NCBI RefSeq assembly: GCF_964213995.1 | Contig: NC_135824.1 | Span: forward strand, 33,418,001 to 33,482,000 | DNA length: 64,000 bases | Direction of reading: 5' to 3' | From: Mustelus asterias | Taxonomy: Eukaryota | Shown: positions 21,114-34,219 of the stretch, piece by piece | Layout of the letters: every line of letters starts with the position of its first letter | How positions within the stretch are numbered: the stretch's first letter is position 1 | The notes under the pieces: generated by a model | What the model saw: only the letters and a program-made list of their open reading frames with translations | What the model was told of the DNA's origin: nothing | The model's database searches: none | Program-made: the position numbers and the translations under genes

Positions 21114-22230
21114 AGTTTGCAAAGAAAGCAAAACCAAAAGTTCCACAAAAGCAAGCTACTCGTGACCCTCAGATTCTCAGTGTCCACCGAGTCTACATTC
21201 AAACCAGACAAGAGAAACGCATTCACTTTAGCATTGGTGGTCGGGCGTATTTACTCCCAAAGACCTCCATTGTGATTAGATGCCCCGTGAGAAGATTCCA
21301 GAAATCATTGATCAGATGGGAGAAAGATGGACACCGTCTACAAAATACAAAACAGGTTGGAATCACTAAATCGGGATCCCTGAAGATTCATAGCCTGGAG
21401 GCGAGGGATATCGGCGTGTACAGTTGCATTGCGGGTCCTACTCGAGACACCTTTGTCCTCAAACTGATCGGCAATGATAATAGATTAGTTGAGCCACCCT
21501 CTTTCATCAGAGCAAAAACGAGACAAAATATTGGACCGGAGAAGGTGAGTCACAATGAATCCAACAGGCTAGAGGAGAAATGGGCTCAAATGAGCAAGAT
21601 GTGGCAAAGTTGGAGCAAAAAGAATGAATTCTATGTGGATGATAGCCAAACTGCTGATCACGTTTTCCTGCGCCTACTTGGAAATCATTTGGTTTCAAAG
21701 GCAAAGACTAATTTTGCTGAGCTGTATGGTTCTCAAGAGCTTTATGATAAACATCTTGAAAGCTCTAGTTTCCAAGGAGCTTATAGTATGGATACTATGC
21801 AGTTTGAAGAAATCTTACGGAATATAAGTCTCTGGATCGAGTCTGGGGAGCTACCTGAAGACTTTGCTTCCCAGCTGATGTATCAATTAGCAGCGGAAGT
21901 GTCTAGACCGCAACCGACTCTAGAGAAATGGAAGGCACCACTTGATGATAACGCAACCAACTCAAAATTGTTAGACAAAGCTCCCAACACATCAGAAACT
22001 TCTTTCCATAAAGATACATATCAACAGACGGAGAAACAAAAACCTCCAATTATTTTGCGAAAGAAACAAGCTCCTGTGCTGCCTCAGAGAAATGTCAGTG
22101 TAACAATTGGAGCACTGGCATATCTGACGGATAATACCGACCGTGTGACACTAGTTTGTGAAGCTGCTGGAATCCCTGAACCAGAAGTAACTTGGACAAA
22201 GGACGGTGCGCCAGTGAAATTTAATGAAAG
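21114..22230 (+). CDS. ADAMTSL3: ADAMTS-like protein 3, large 1117-nt exon (Ig-like domain, spacer, first half of the next Ig), phase 1-2
   Basis: Acceptor tacatttttag| and donor gaaag|gtatgg. Encodes PQILSVHRVYIQTRQEKRI...CPVRRFQKSLIRWEKDG...GITKSGSLKIH...QGAYSMDTMQF...ASQLMYQL, diagnostic of ADAMTSL3 rather than ADAMTSL1 as I recall them. Confidence 0.95.
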
Positions 22231-22720
22231 GTATGGCAAGCGAATGTCTATTAATATCAGTGAGAGCTTTATTTCAACAGGTGAACTTGTGTTAATGTAA
22301 CATTTTCTAATGCGTTCATCTTGTGCATCAGTGATTTTGCACACTATTGTACAAACCAAATGTGCAGAGGCAGAGCTGTTAGTCAGAGGCCATTTGTTGG
22401 AACAAGTCCTAAACTCCATGGCTTTCATTGTAAGACCTACAGAGCTTTTCTAATAGACAAAAACGTGCCTTTTTTAGTTGATGGAGGTCACATATATAAT
22501 CAGAATGTTATTTAAATGTGGCTCTATAATGTAAATGTTGAGAGAGATAGTTCAGTAATTGATATTGCGAATTTTGTCGTAAGTTGTACTCTCCATCTAT
22601 GAATTTCAGTGAACAATGTAGCAGAGAATTTTCAGTCAACCAACAGCATTTATGGTACCTTCCACACATATAAAACTTTATGTCAGGGTCCGTTTTTAAA
22701 TCAAGCATCATGTTGTACCT

Positions 22721-22846
22721 TGTGTGTGTGCGTGTGTGTGTGTCTGCTTGTGTGTGCATGTGTCTGTGCATGCATGTATGTGTGCTTGCATGAGTGTGTG
22801 TGTGTGTGTTGGTGCGCTGATGTACGCATGCATGTGCGTGTGCCTG
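22721..22846. repeat. Degenerate (TG)n / TGCA compound microsatellite
   Basis: About 125 nt of mostly alternating purine-pyrimidine sequence. Confidence 0.9.
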
Positions 22847-24240
22847 TATTTGCAATGTTATTGTTATTTTTCAGTGTGTGGAACCATTCAACCCATGGGA
22901 AAGTGTGGAAGCTTGGAACGTTTTGATTAAAGATTGAACTTTAAGCTATTAATCTGAAACGCATTAATAATTGTTGATAAGATGCAGGTGTCATGGGCTA
23001 ACATTGTTAATTGTACATGTGAAGGCAACAAACTGTTGATTATTTTCTAGATTTGTGGGGTCTTTTTGTCCATCGATGTTAGTAACCGTCAGTGATTGCT
23101 GAACTGGAGCAAAGGACATTCAAACCTCGGATGCGATGTGTAAAAAGGACAGGCTTGAGGATCCTAATAGATATTAGAGTCCAGTCCGACTGGGGGTCAA
23201 CTAGTTTTCTGTGAGAAACATGTTACATCTCGTGCATATTGCCAAGTCGCATTAGAAAACCTGCTGCATACAAGTTCACTGCAAGGTTTAATAGTTAGCA
23301 GGCTGCCAATATTCGACTTTCTGCAATACATTATCTTCCTTTGGACATGATTCTGCTGTTTGAGGAATTTCAGTGGGTGCATCAGAGCAGCTATAAAACT
23401 TTTTTCAACTGTTCTCTTACTTGGTACAAAAAGATATTTCTTCATTTAGTTGTGCAGTTTTCCCCTCGATATATCCAGGCTCTGTGGCCTCCCCCAATAT
23501 GCAATTCAAACAAGTCTGTGCTTTGGTAAACAGGAGGTGGATCAAATATAGGGGAAGATAAGTGTTCACCATTCTATTTAGCTGGGGATACTCCAGACCC
23601 CTCAAACCTCTTTTCCTCTCTCGTGTTGGCAGTATAATCTTATATATGGAAGAAACATTAGAAGGAGGTTAAGGCACCTGATTTTTTATTCATTGACAGC
23701 TGTGGCTCAGTGGCAGGACTGTCACCTCAGTCAGATAGTTGTGGATTCAAATCCCACTCCCGGCACTTGCGCAGAAAAACTAGGCCTCATTCTAGAACAG
23801 CACTGAAAGAAGACTGCACTGTCAGAGGGTGCTATTTTTAAAAAATAAAACATTAAACTAAGCCCCTGCCGACCCTCCCTTGGACGATCAGCCATGATCG
23901 TGATGAATGGTGGAACACGCTCGAAGGGCCAAATGGCCTCCTCCTGCTCCTATCTTATATGTTCCTATGCTATGTTTCTCTGATCCTCTGAACCTTCTAG
24001 TGTCAAGGAAGGGAGGCCTAAAATTCCCATGATGCATTTCTCACTTGCTTGGCCAAAATGTAACTGCAGCAGCTGGAAATCTTTCACCATCGTCACCCCG
24101 TCCCTCCCCAAGATCCCGTGGCAAGATCCCGGTGAAATTTCCAACTGAAGCCTCAGCCTCCAGTCAAAAGGACAGGTGCATACACCTGTCTTGATGTCTT
24201 GAACCAACATTAACCCGTGCCAGCGTACAGAGCAATATCC

Positions 24241-26961
24241 TGTAAAGAGTGTGAACATAAGAAAAACTGCATTGGTTTAGTGGCTTTTTTTTCAAAATTG
24301 TACAACCTGTTTTTACGTTGCCATCAGATAGGTTGCTGGTGTTACAATTATGAGGTTTAAAATATTATTTTTGAGGATTGTATCTTTAAATTGGGGGTAA
24401 CATGAAAGGGGTCAGTCAGTCTGACAATAAGCCTGGGTAACTGTCAGCGATCAAAGGAGAAATTATATTGTTTTACTGGGAAGAAAGTGTAAGGCACAGA
24501 AGCTTGGAGACCATAGAACATAGAACAGTACAGCACAGAACAGGTCCTTCGGCCCACGATGTTGTGCCGAGCTTTATCTGAAACCAAGATCAAGCTATTT
24601 CACTCCCTATCATCCTGGTGTGCTCCATGTGCCTATCCAATAACCGCTTAAATGTTCCTAAAGTGTCTGACTCCACTATCACTGCAGGCAGTCCATTCCA
24701 CACCCCAACCACTCTCTGCGTAAAGAACCTACCTCGGACATCCTTCCTATATCTCCCACCATGAACCCTATAGTTATGCCCCCTTGTAATAGCTCCATCC
24801 ACCCGAGGAAATAGTCTTTGAACGTTCACTCTATCTATCCCCTTCATCATTTTATAAACCTCTATTAAGTCTCCCCTCAACCTCCTCTGCTCCAGAGAGA
24901 ACAGCCCTAGCTCCCTCAACCTTTTCTCATAAGACCTACCCTCCAAACCAGGCAGCATCCTGGTAAATCTCCTCTGCACTCTTTCCAGCGCTTCCACATC
25001 CTTCTTATAGTGAGGTGACCAGAACTGCACACAATATTCCAAATGTGGTCTCACCAAGGTCCTGTACAGTTGCAGCATATCCCCAAAGCTCTTAAACTCC
25101 AACCCCCTGTTAATAAAAGCTAACACACTATAGGCCTTCTTCACAGCTCTATCCACTTGAGTGGCAACCTTCAGAGATCTGTGGAAAAGGATCCCAAGAT
25201 CTCTCTGTTCCTCCACAGTCTTCAGAACCTTACCTTTGACCCTGTAATCCACATTTAAATTTGTCCTACCAAAATGAATCACCTCACATTTATCAGGGTT
25301 AAACTCCATCTGCCATTTTTCAGCGCAGCTTTGCATCCTATCTATGTCTCTTTGCAGTCGACAACAGCCCTCCACCTCATCCACTACTCCACCAATCTTG
25401 GTGTCATCAGCAAATTTACTGATCCACCCTTCAGCCCCCTTCTCTAGGTCATTAATAAAAATCACAAATAGCAGAGGACCAAGCACTGATCCCTGTGGCA
25501 CTCCGCTAGCAACCTGCCTCCAGTCCAAAAATTTTCCATCCACCACCACCCTCTGTCTTCGATCAGATAGCCAGTTACCTATCCAATCGGCCAACTTTCC
25601 CTCTATCCCATACCTCCTTACTTTCATCATAAGCCGACCATGGGGGACCTTATCAAACGCCTTACTAAAATCCATGTATATGACATCAACTGCCCTCTCC
25701 TCATCAACACACTTAGTTACCTCCTCAAAAAATTCTATCAAATTTGTGAGGCACGACTTGCCCTTCACGAATCCGTGCTGACTGTCCCGGATTAATCCGC
25801 ATCTTTCTAAATGGTCGTAAATCCCATCCCTAAGGACCTTTTCCATCAACTTACCAACCACCAAAGTAAGACTAACCGGTCTATAATTACCAGGGTCATT
25901 TCTACTCCCTTTCTTAAACAGAGGAACAACATTCGCCACTCTCCAGTCCTCTGGCACCATCCCCGTGGACAGTGAGGACCCAAAGATCAAAGCCAAAGGC
26001 TCTGCAATCTCATCCCTTGCCTCCCAAAGAATCCTAGGATATATTTCATCAGGCCCAGGGGACTTATCGACCTTCAGTTTATTCAAAACTGCTAGTACAT
26101 CCTCCCTCCGAACATCTACTTCCTCCAGCCTATTAGCCTGTAACACCTTCTCTTCCTCACAATGGCAGGAGCTTGTGTGTTGGCAATGGAGACCGAGTCT
26201 CAAAAATCCCAAAAAAGTGTTGAGAATGTTGGGTTATAAACAACTGTGCTTTAAACTGTCCATTTAGTTCCAAGGTGAAAGAGGGTCTCAAGGATAGCTA
26301 ATTAGCATTTCTACGGAGATACAAACCTATGTGATTCACATTACCATAACAGAGGATGCAAAGAAAGCCATTATAAAGCTCAGGTTATAGGCGTTTTCGA
26401 GAATATCGCTGAATATCATATGGAGTGTTTTTAGTTTGCTCAGATCTAGGAGAGAAGAAACAACTAGAGGCCAAATAAAGTCTCCCAAATAGGTGTGCAA
26501 GTGGAAGCTTGCACTTGGATTAAAATGACTAAATTCATTGGAAGTTAAAACAAGCCTGGAAGAGTCACCTAGCTTGGGCTAGAGGACAGGTCTCCAGTAA
26601 AAGAAAACTTCACTGTGTAAGACAGTTCTAAGATTGCAAGGTACCAAGTTGAAAATAGAAAACAACAGGAAGCTAAAAATCACTTTGGATTGATTCTGGG
26701 GAAATATGTAAAAGGCAGTGTAAAGCATACCTCTGAATTGCTTATTTTCTTGTTAGGCTCGGAATAAGATGGGGATATTTTGTTCTGTGGCTTAAAGTAT
26801 AAGTTGACTACAAAGATTGTATTTAGTTTTTAGTATTTTACTCATTTGTTACAGTAAATATCTTCAGACATAAAATATTGATGTGTCATCCGATCAGCTA
26901 TTTAACTGGGAGTTCACATTTCTTTTTTAAAAAGTTATTAGTCTCTACGGGGATCGTAACA
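24241..26961 (+). mobile_element. Probable solo LTR (~1.07 kb) interrupted by a CR1
   Basis: Ends TGTAAAGA...TCGTAACA (TG...CA, 6/8 inverted match). No coding capacity outside the CR1. No clean TSD; orientation is uncertain. Confidence 0.45.
24512..26160 (-). mobile_element. 5'-truncated young CR1 with an uninterrupted RT-to-stop frame
   Basis: ORF 24590-26212 has KSPGPDE, NYRPVSLT, DFSKAFD, FADD. Minus-strand tail GTTCTATGTTCTATG. Confidence 0.95.
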
Positions 26962-27317
26962 TTTCTAACTCTATACGCTGGCATGAGTTAATGTTGGTTC
27001 AAGACAGCATGAGTGAATTATTTGAGCAATTTGTTTCACTTTGTGGCATGGACAGGTTCCAGATTGGTGATGCTTGCTAGCTGGAAGCTCTCTTAGCTGG
27101 ATTGTTTTTGGGTCTGACTTTTGACAGGCTGTGATATCCTACAGCAGGGACCCTGGGCGAGGGAGGTGGGTGGGTTGTCCAAGTTGTTCAAGCACCATCC
27201 AAAATTTTTGTTCTTTTTAAATTGGACCACATCTGCTTTCATATAAACATGTCCAAGATGCCCTTATTAAACACAACAACATTGGGTGTTCCTCCAAAAC
27301 ATTCAGTTCAGCAATCT

Positions 27318-27630
27318 GGGGTGGCACAGTGCCACAGTGGTTAGCACTGCTGCCTCACAGCGCCAGTGTCCCAGGTTCAATTCTGGCCTCGGGTCACTGT
27401 CTCTGTGGAGTTTGCATGTTCTCTCCGTGCCTGCGTGGCTTTCCTCCGGGTGCTCCCACAGTCCAAAGATGTGTGGGTTAGATTGATTGGCCGTGCTAAA
27501 TTGACCCTAGTGTCAGGGGGACTAGCAGAGTAAATGCATGGGTTGCGAGAATAGGGCCTGGGTGGGATTGTGGTCGGTACAGACTCGATGGGCCGAATGT
27601 CCTCCTTCTGTACGGTAGGGATTCTATGAT
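27318..27630 (+). mobile_element. HE1-like V-SINE; further copies ~30408-30752(-), 35765-36260(+, two tails), 37773-38107(-), 38662-38938(+), 39707-40021(-), 42880-43202(-), 45163-45465(+), 46357-46885(-, interrupted), 48503-48838(-)
   Basis: Conserved head, V-domain and CR1-type tail in each copy. Confidence 0.88.
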
Positions 27631-30600
27631 CAATAGAAAACAATTATTTGAGCTTGTGCTTCTAACTGTCACAGGTATAGGTTGAGAGGCAATAGATTTA
27701 AAACTGAAATGAAGAGGAACTACTACTCGCAGAGGGTGGTGAATTTGCGGAACTCGCTGCCCCCTAGCATGGTGGAGTCTGGATCATTAAATGGTTTTAA
27801 GAAGGAGATAGAAATATTTCTAATTTTAAAAATGGGATAAAGGGATATGAGGAGCAGGAGGGGAGGTGGAACTGAGACCAGGGATCAGCCCTGATCTGAT
27901 TGAATGGCGGAGCAGGTTGAAGAACTGAATTTGCTGACTTCTGCTCCTAATTCTTATAACTGTTCACTAGGGATATTACAATGAATAATAAATGTTTTAA
28001 TGGACCCCTGACATATTACCGCTGCATGATAATTACGCTATAGAGTTTTTATCTGACATGACTGTTTGACTTTTCTTTCATTTTATTTTATTTGAAGGGA
28101 TAACTTAACGAATGTATTAATGTTTTTATTTGAACAATATTTTCAAATTCTTCCTTAAAAGTGAAATCATTCTGGCAACTTTGTATCCAAACATTCTCCA
28201 AAAAACATTCCTGCCCAAATCGCTGGCCCTCGTTGGCCAAATATCATTAGAACAACTAGGCTCGCATTAGGTACAAAAACAGAAACTGCTGGAAAAACTC
28301 AGCATGCCTGACAGCATCTGTGGAGAGAACCGTGCGAAGATTTCAACTTTGGATGACTCGGGTCTATCATCCAGACCCTTTAAATCATCAATAACAAAAA
28401 CCACAAACCCCTGAAACCACTTTACTTGTGCTAACAAACATTGTGTGGTGGATTCTACGTACCCCCAACGGACGCGTTTCCCGAGGGTGGGGGCATGTAA
28501 GATAGGACAGACACCAACCCCATCACCTTCCCACCCACCCCGAGCTCACTGCCATAATACAAAGGGTGGGTCAGTATTCCGCCTGCCATATATGAATAAA
28601 TATTTAAGGGTCAATTAGACTTGTTATCAAGCCAATTAACCTATGATAAAGCTACCCATGCCATAAAACAGTTGGCATGGGCAGCCAGGCAGGAGCAGGC
28701 TTTATTCCCTGAGGTGATGGAGGTGTCGCACTTCAAGGTCTGTCCTTTGCCAATTGCAGGGAGGCCCCTCTAAGGTCAAACCCATTCCTTCCTTCATTCC
28801 TGCTCCTTCTCTTAAACCTACCGTCTCTCCTCTGCCCCTTTCCCTAACCTACCCAAACCCTCCCAGCCCAAAACCTGCTCCAGGTATCTATCTATCTTCT
28901 ACCACAGTCCCGACAACGGCCTATGGTGTCTTCATAATGGTGCTGTGTTACTTGGCTACAGATCATGGGGTGTCCTCCCCAGTGAGGTCATGTGATCAGC
29001 TCTGAAATCTGCTTAACAACAAGCCTGGGTGGCTTTCTTACCACGGGAACAGATCGAGACTTATAGCGAGCAAGAGAGAGGATTCACAGAGACAAAATGC
29101 TGGTATAGTCAGCAGAGAGGAAATGGTTGTAATTCCTTGGTGAGCTGCTAGTTAGAACACAAAAGGAAGGGTAGTCTCTGGTCAAAGAGACACATCCAGT
29201 GACGATAAAGTCTCTGGAAGATTTGCCCTGGTGAAGCCAGGAGGTGAAACCAGCGGAGTGGGCCTTACGACTGGTGGTTGGTTTGGAAATTCTTCAAAAA
29301 CAGTGTCTCGATATTATGACTTAATGAAACAGTAAGACCTAAGCCCATTGGAAGCTGGGTCTTACTGTGGAGTGTTTCCTATGAAAACTATAATCCTCTG
29401 GAGAGTGTGCTGTAATATAAATACCGTGTGAGCTCATTGGTAGCATTAAGACATGAGTAAGTTGTTTTTTTGCTTTCTTTCACAAGACGTGGTCATTGCT
29501 AGTTAGGCCAGCATTTATTGACCATCCCTAATAGCCCTTGAGAAGGTGGTAGTGAACCGCCTTCTTGAACCGCTGCCATCCATGTGCTGCCCAGGTACAC
29601 CCAGAGTTCTAGGATTTTGACCCAGTGACAGTGAAGGAATGGCAATATATTTCCAAGCCAGGATGGTGTGTGAGTTGGAGGGGCAATTGCAGCTGGTGAT
29701 CTTCCCAATGGTCTGCTGCCCTTGTCCTTCTAGATGGTAGCAGTTGTGGGTTTGGAAAATGCTGTCGAAGGAGCCTTGGTGAGTTCCTGCAGTGCATCTT
29801 GTAGATGCTACACACGGCTACCACTGTGCGGGGGAACGTCCGAATATTTAAGGTGGCGGATGGGGTGCCAGTCAAGCGGGTTGCTTTGTCCTGAATGATG
29901 TCGAGAACAGAGAACACGGAGGATTGAGAATCTTTGGAATTCTCTACCCCAGAGGCTTGTGGAAGCTCAGTCACTGAGTATGTTTAAGGTAGAGTTGGAT
30001 TTCAGATGAACAGTCAGTTAAAGAATTATGGGGATAGTATTGGGTAGAAGTCATTGAAGTGTCTGATCAGTCATGATTGTATTGAATGGTGGAACAGGCT
30101 TGATGGGCTGAATGGCCTACTCCTGTTCCGATGTTCCTGTGACACCCAAATACCATGAAAGAATTTTTGAACGTTTCAATTCAACAGCTTTTGGAATCGA
30201 TCTTTGACCACTAATTCTCAAAACCTTTTATAATTTACGATCGCTTATCAGATCCAGAGCTAAGAGGGTTCAATTAGAAAGACAAATTATACAAACATCA
30301 ATCGGGGATTGGGGGCTTACCTGATTGAGGCAATTAGAATGTTTGAGTTTCCATAGGGTCGAAGAAGAGAAACCATTTCCTCAGAAATGAGGAGATGCTA
30401 TCTTAATTTAGAATCATAGAATTCTTATAATGCACAAAGAGGCCATTCGGCCCATCGAGTCTGCACCGACTCTCCGACAGAGTATCTTACCCAGGCCCAC
30501 TCCGACCCTATCCCCCTAACCCCACGCACTTACCCCCACAATCTACACATCTTGGGACACTAAGAGGTTACTTAGCATGGCCAATCCACTTAATCTGCAT

Positions 30601-33600
30601 ATCTTTGGACCGTGGGAGGAAACCAGAGGGTACCCGGAGGAAACCCTCGCAGACACCAGGAGAACATGCAAGCTCCGCACAGTCACCTAAAGTAGGAATT
30701 GAACTCGGGTCCCTGGTGCTGTGGGGCAGCAGTGCTAACCACTGTGCCACCCTAATTTAGACCTAAGCCATCAAGAGGGAAATTAGGACGCACTATTTCA
30801 CCCAGAAGGTAGTGCATGGGAATGTGGAGCTCTGTGTCTAGCGATCAATAGACATTGGCTGGTTAAGAGGCATCAAGAGATATGTAGAAAGATACAGATA
30901 AATGAAGTGATGATACAGATCAGCAATGAGTTAAATGAGTGTCGGACAGCAGGCTCGGGGGCTGAATGAACTGTTCCTGGTTTGATTCCCGGCTTTATTC
31001 CACACCCCAGAAACCTGAGATGATTCGATGAAAAAGGTTCCACTTTTTCCTTTAAAACTTTAAGCATTTATTGCTGTTTTCATTGACCCAACTTTTAGGT
31101 GTATCTTCAGTATCCTCCTTTAACTCTGTCTATACTTCCTGCTGCCTCGGAAAAGCAGCCAGCATAATTAAGGGCCCCACGCACCTCGGACATTCTCTCT
31201 TCTATTTTCTTCCGTCGGGAAAAAAATGCAAAAGCCTGAGAACACGTACCAATTGACTCAAGGACAGCTTCTTCCCTGCTGCCATCAGACTTTTGAATGG
31301 ACCTACCTTTCACGAAGTTGATCTTTCTCTACACCCTAGCTATGACTGTAACACTACATTCTGCACTCTCTCCTTTCCTTCTCTATGAACGGTATGCTAT
31401 GTATAGCGCGCAAGAAACAATACTTTTCACTGTATATTAATACATGTGACAATAAATCAAATCAAATCAATGGGGTACCCAGAACGGCACACAATCCTGT
31501 ATGATAAGCTCGCAGTTTGCAATAGTCCAGGGCAATATTATGGAGTCGTTATGGTAAGTGTGCACTGTTGGTGGAACCCTCGCTGGCAATGAGCACACAT
31601 CAGAGAAGTGTGTGGGTTCAAGAGTCCACTTCACCAGTGTCAGCTCATTGCTGCTGTGCAGTGTCTTCAGAAGCTGGTTCACATTCAAAATTATCTCAAA
31701 CTCTAATGATGGTGCTGTAAAGAGCTTGTTGTCTATCTGGGCTTCATCCCTTTCCATTGAAGTCCCAGCGTGAGGAGCTGGGACAATGTTGTCAGGTGAC
31801 ATGAATAACATTTAGGTACTGACATGCCCTCTAGTGGCCATTGCAGAGCACTGTCTCTATCTCTCTCCCTCTCTCTTCACACCGCAGTTTTAAACAACCT
31901 TTCTGGTTGTCTTTTCAACCTCAAAGGTTGTCTCAATCTTATCTGCATTTATCTACTTATCTTTGGTTTGATTTATTATTGTCACATGTATTAGGATACA
32001 GTGAAAAGTATTGTTTCTTGAGCACCATACAGATAAAGCATACCGTTCATAGAGTTCATAGTGGAGAAAGAAAGGAGAGGCTGCAGAACCTTCTGGAAAG
32101 TTTGATTTCTTCCAGTTAATGCCTTTGTGCATCTCAAGTCTATTTCAGCTGGAAACCCGTGGGACATTAAATATGCCATTAAATATAATGGGAGAGGTGG
32201 TGGTGTAGTGGTATTGTCACTGGACTAGTGATCCAGAGACCCAGGGTAATCCTCTAGGGTCCCAGATTCAAATCCCACCATGGCAAATGGTGAAATTTGA
32301 ATTCAGTAAGGATCTGGAGTTAAAAGTCTAATGATGGCCATGAGGGCACATTGTCAATTGTTGTAAAAATTCTTCTGGACCACTAATGTCCTTTAGGGAA
32401 GGAAAACTGCCGTCCTTACCTGGCCTGGCCTACATGTGACTCCAGACCCACAGCGATGAGGTTGACTCTTAAATGCCCTCAGGGATAGGCAATAAATGTT
32501 GGCCCAGCCAGCGATGCCCGCATCCCAGAAGGAAAACAATCCAGCAAAATGGCTGTTTAGTGCCCATTTTGCTTTGTCGCGATGACACAATTGAGTCAGA
32601 GGCAGTTCAGAGAAAGTACACTCCACTCATTCCTGCACTGAGGATCTTCTCTTATGAAGAAAGTTTGACCAGTCTAAAGATGTGCAGGTTCAGTGGATTA
32701 GCCATGCTAAGTGTGCAAGGTTACGGGATAGAAAAGGGGGAGTTGGGCTTGGGTGTAAGATGCTCTTTCGGAGAGTCGGTGCAGACTCGATGGGCCTATT
32801 GGCCTCCTTTGCACTGTAGGGATTCTATGGTTCTATGGTTGCGACTGTACCCACTAGAGTTTAGAGGAATACATGGTGGTCTTATTGAAACATATAAGAC
32901 CCTTAGGGGACTTAATTGGGTAGGTATCAGGAGGATGTTTCTATTTGGGGAGTCTAGAACTAGGGGACACAGTTTAAGAATAAGACTTTTAAGGAGAAAT
33001 GTTGTCCTCTCACTGGGTCATTAGTCTGTGGAATTCTTTTCCCCAGAATGCAGTGGATGTTGGGTCATTCAATTTATTCAAGGCAGAGTTAGACAGATTT
33101 CTGATTGACCCAGGAGTCAAGAGTTATGAGGGAGGACAGGCCGGAGCATAGAGTTACCACAACCAGATCAGCCGGGATATTATTGAATGTTGGAGCAGGC
33201 TAGGAGGGCTAAATCTCCTGCTCATAAATCCATGAACGTTGTTGTTCTTCCAAAATGGCATCTGCTGTGCACATGCACATTTTCTGGTACTAGATGCACC
33301 GATATGGTTTTGGTGAAGATATCAGTGCGTACATGGGGAGCATCCACAGAAGGTATGCTGAGGAGGCAGCTTGTGACCTCAATCTGCGATACATCGATTT
33401 GAGGCCAACGGTTCCATCTTGGAGCTTCAGCTAACACCCGCTCTTAACCTGAGACAGCTCAACACACATTCTGTGACAGGTAGGACCCCAGCCGCATTAA
33501 TTAACATGAACTATTTGCTGACTGATCCCTGAGGGGTGTGGTGGTGATTGCAGAAGTGTCCCCAGAGCTGTTGTTAAAATCTGCAGGAAGTGGCGTGATG

Positions 33601-34219
33601 TGCTGAAGGACATTTTTCTGACTTCAAAGATTCTGCATAAACCACTTGCTTCCAGGCCTTGGTACAGCAATATTGATCATTACAGTTTGTACTTGAGAAC
33701 AATGAAGGAAATAATAACCAGAGCAAATTAAGCATTCCTAACAAAATGTATAAATGAAACCATGCTATATTGATACAAACCTCAACTAATTGCCCATGTG
33801 CATTCCCTCAGTCCCAGTGTCTTTGCCAATCCCTTGCTCCTAGCCGGTACTAGCCCAATGGCCGCAGTAGGGCTGATGGAAGGATGCTAACTTTCTCTGG
33901 AAGGCCATTTGCACAGAGCAGCTCTGGGCCTGGAACACATGGATCATCTTGGCTTGGGTGGCAGCAGTCTGATAGCGTGCTGGCAGCAGGGGGAGAGCTA
34001 TCAACCTGAACTCACTGACCTTCACCACTTGCGTGAGGTTATTTAATTTTTGCGGCACTCATCATGGCTACCTGCTCCCACTACCTTTTGCAGAGTTTGC
34101 TTTGTGGGCCACCTGTTGACAGATGATGTCCCTCCTTCTGTGCCAGGGTTTCCCTGCAATGTTCCCAAACCTTGGAACCCACTCTCTGTCAGCTTGTGCC
34201 ATTTTCCCATCTTTTCCAG

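Noticed and set aside
22231-22300. In-frame read-through past the donor (YGKRMSINISESFISTGELVLM*)
   Set aside because: Lacks the DxGxYxC needed to finish the Ig domain, which exon 56484-56611 supplies.
22508-22930. His/Thr- and Cys/Val-rich ORFs
   Set aside because: Translations of the (TG)n microsatellite.
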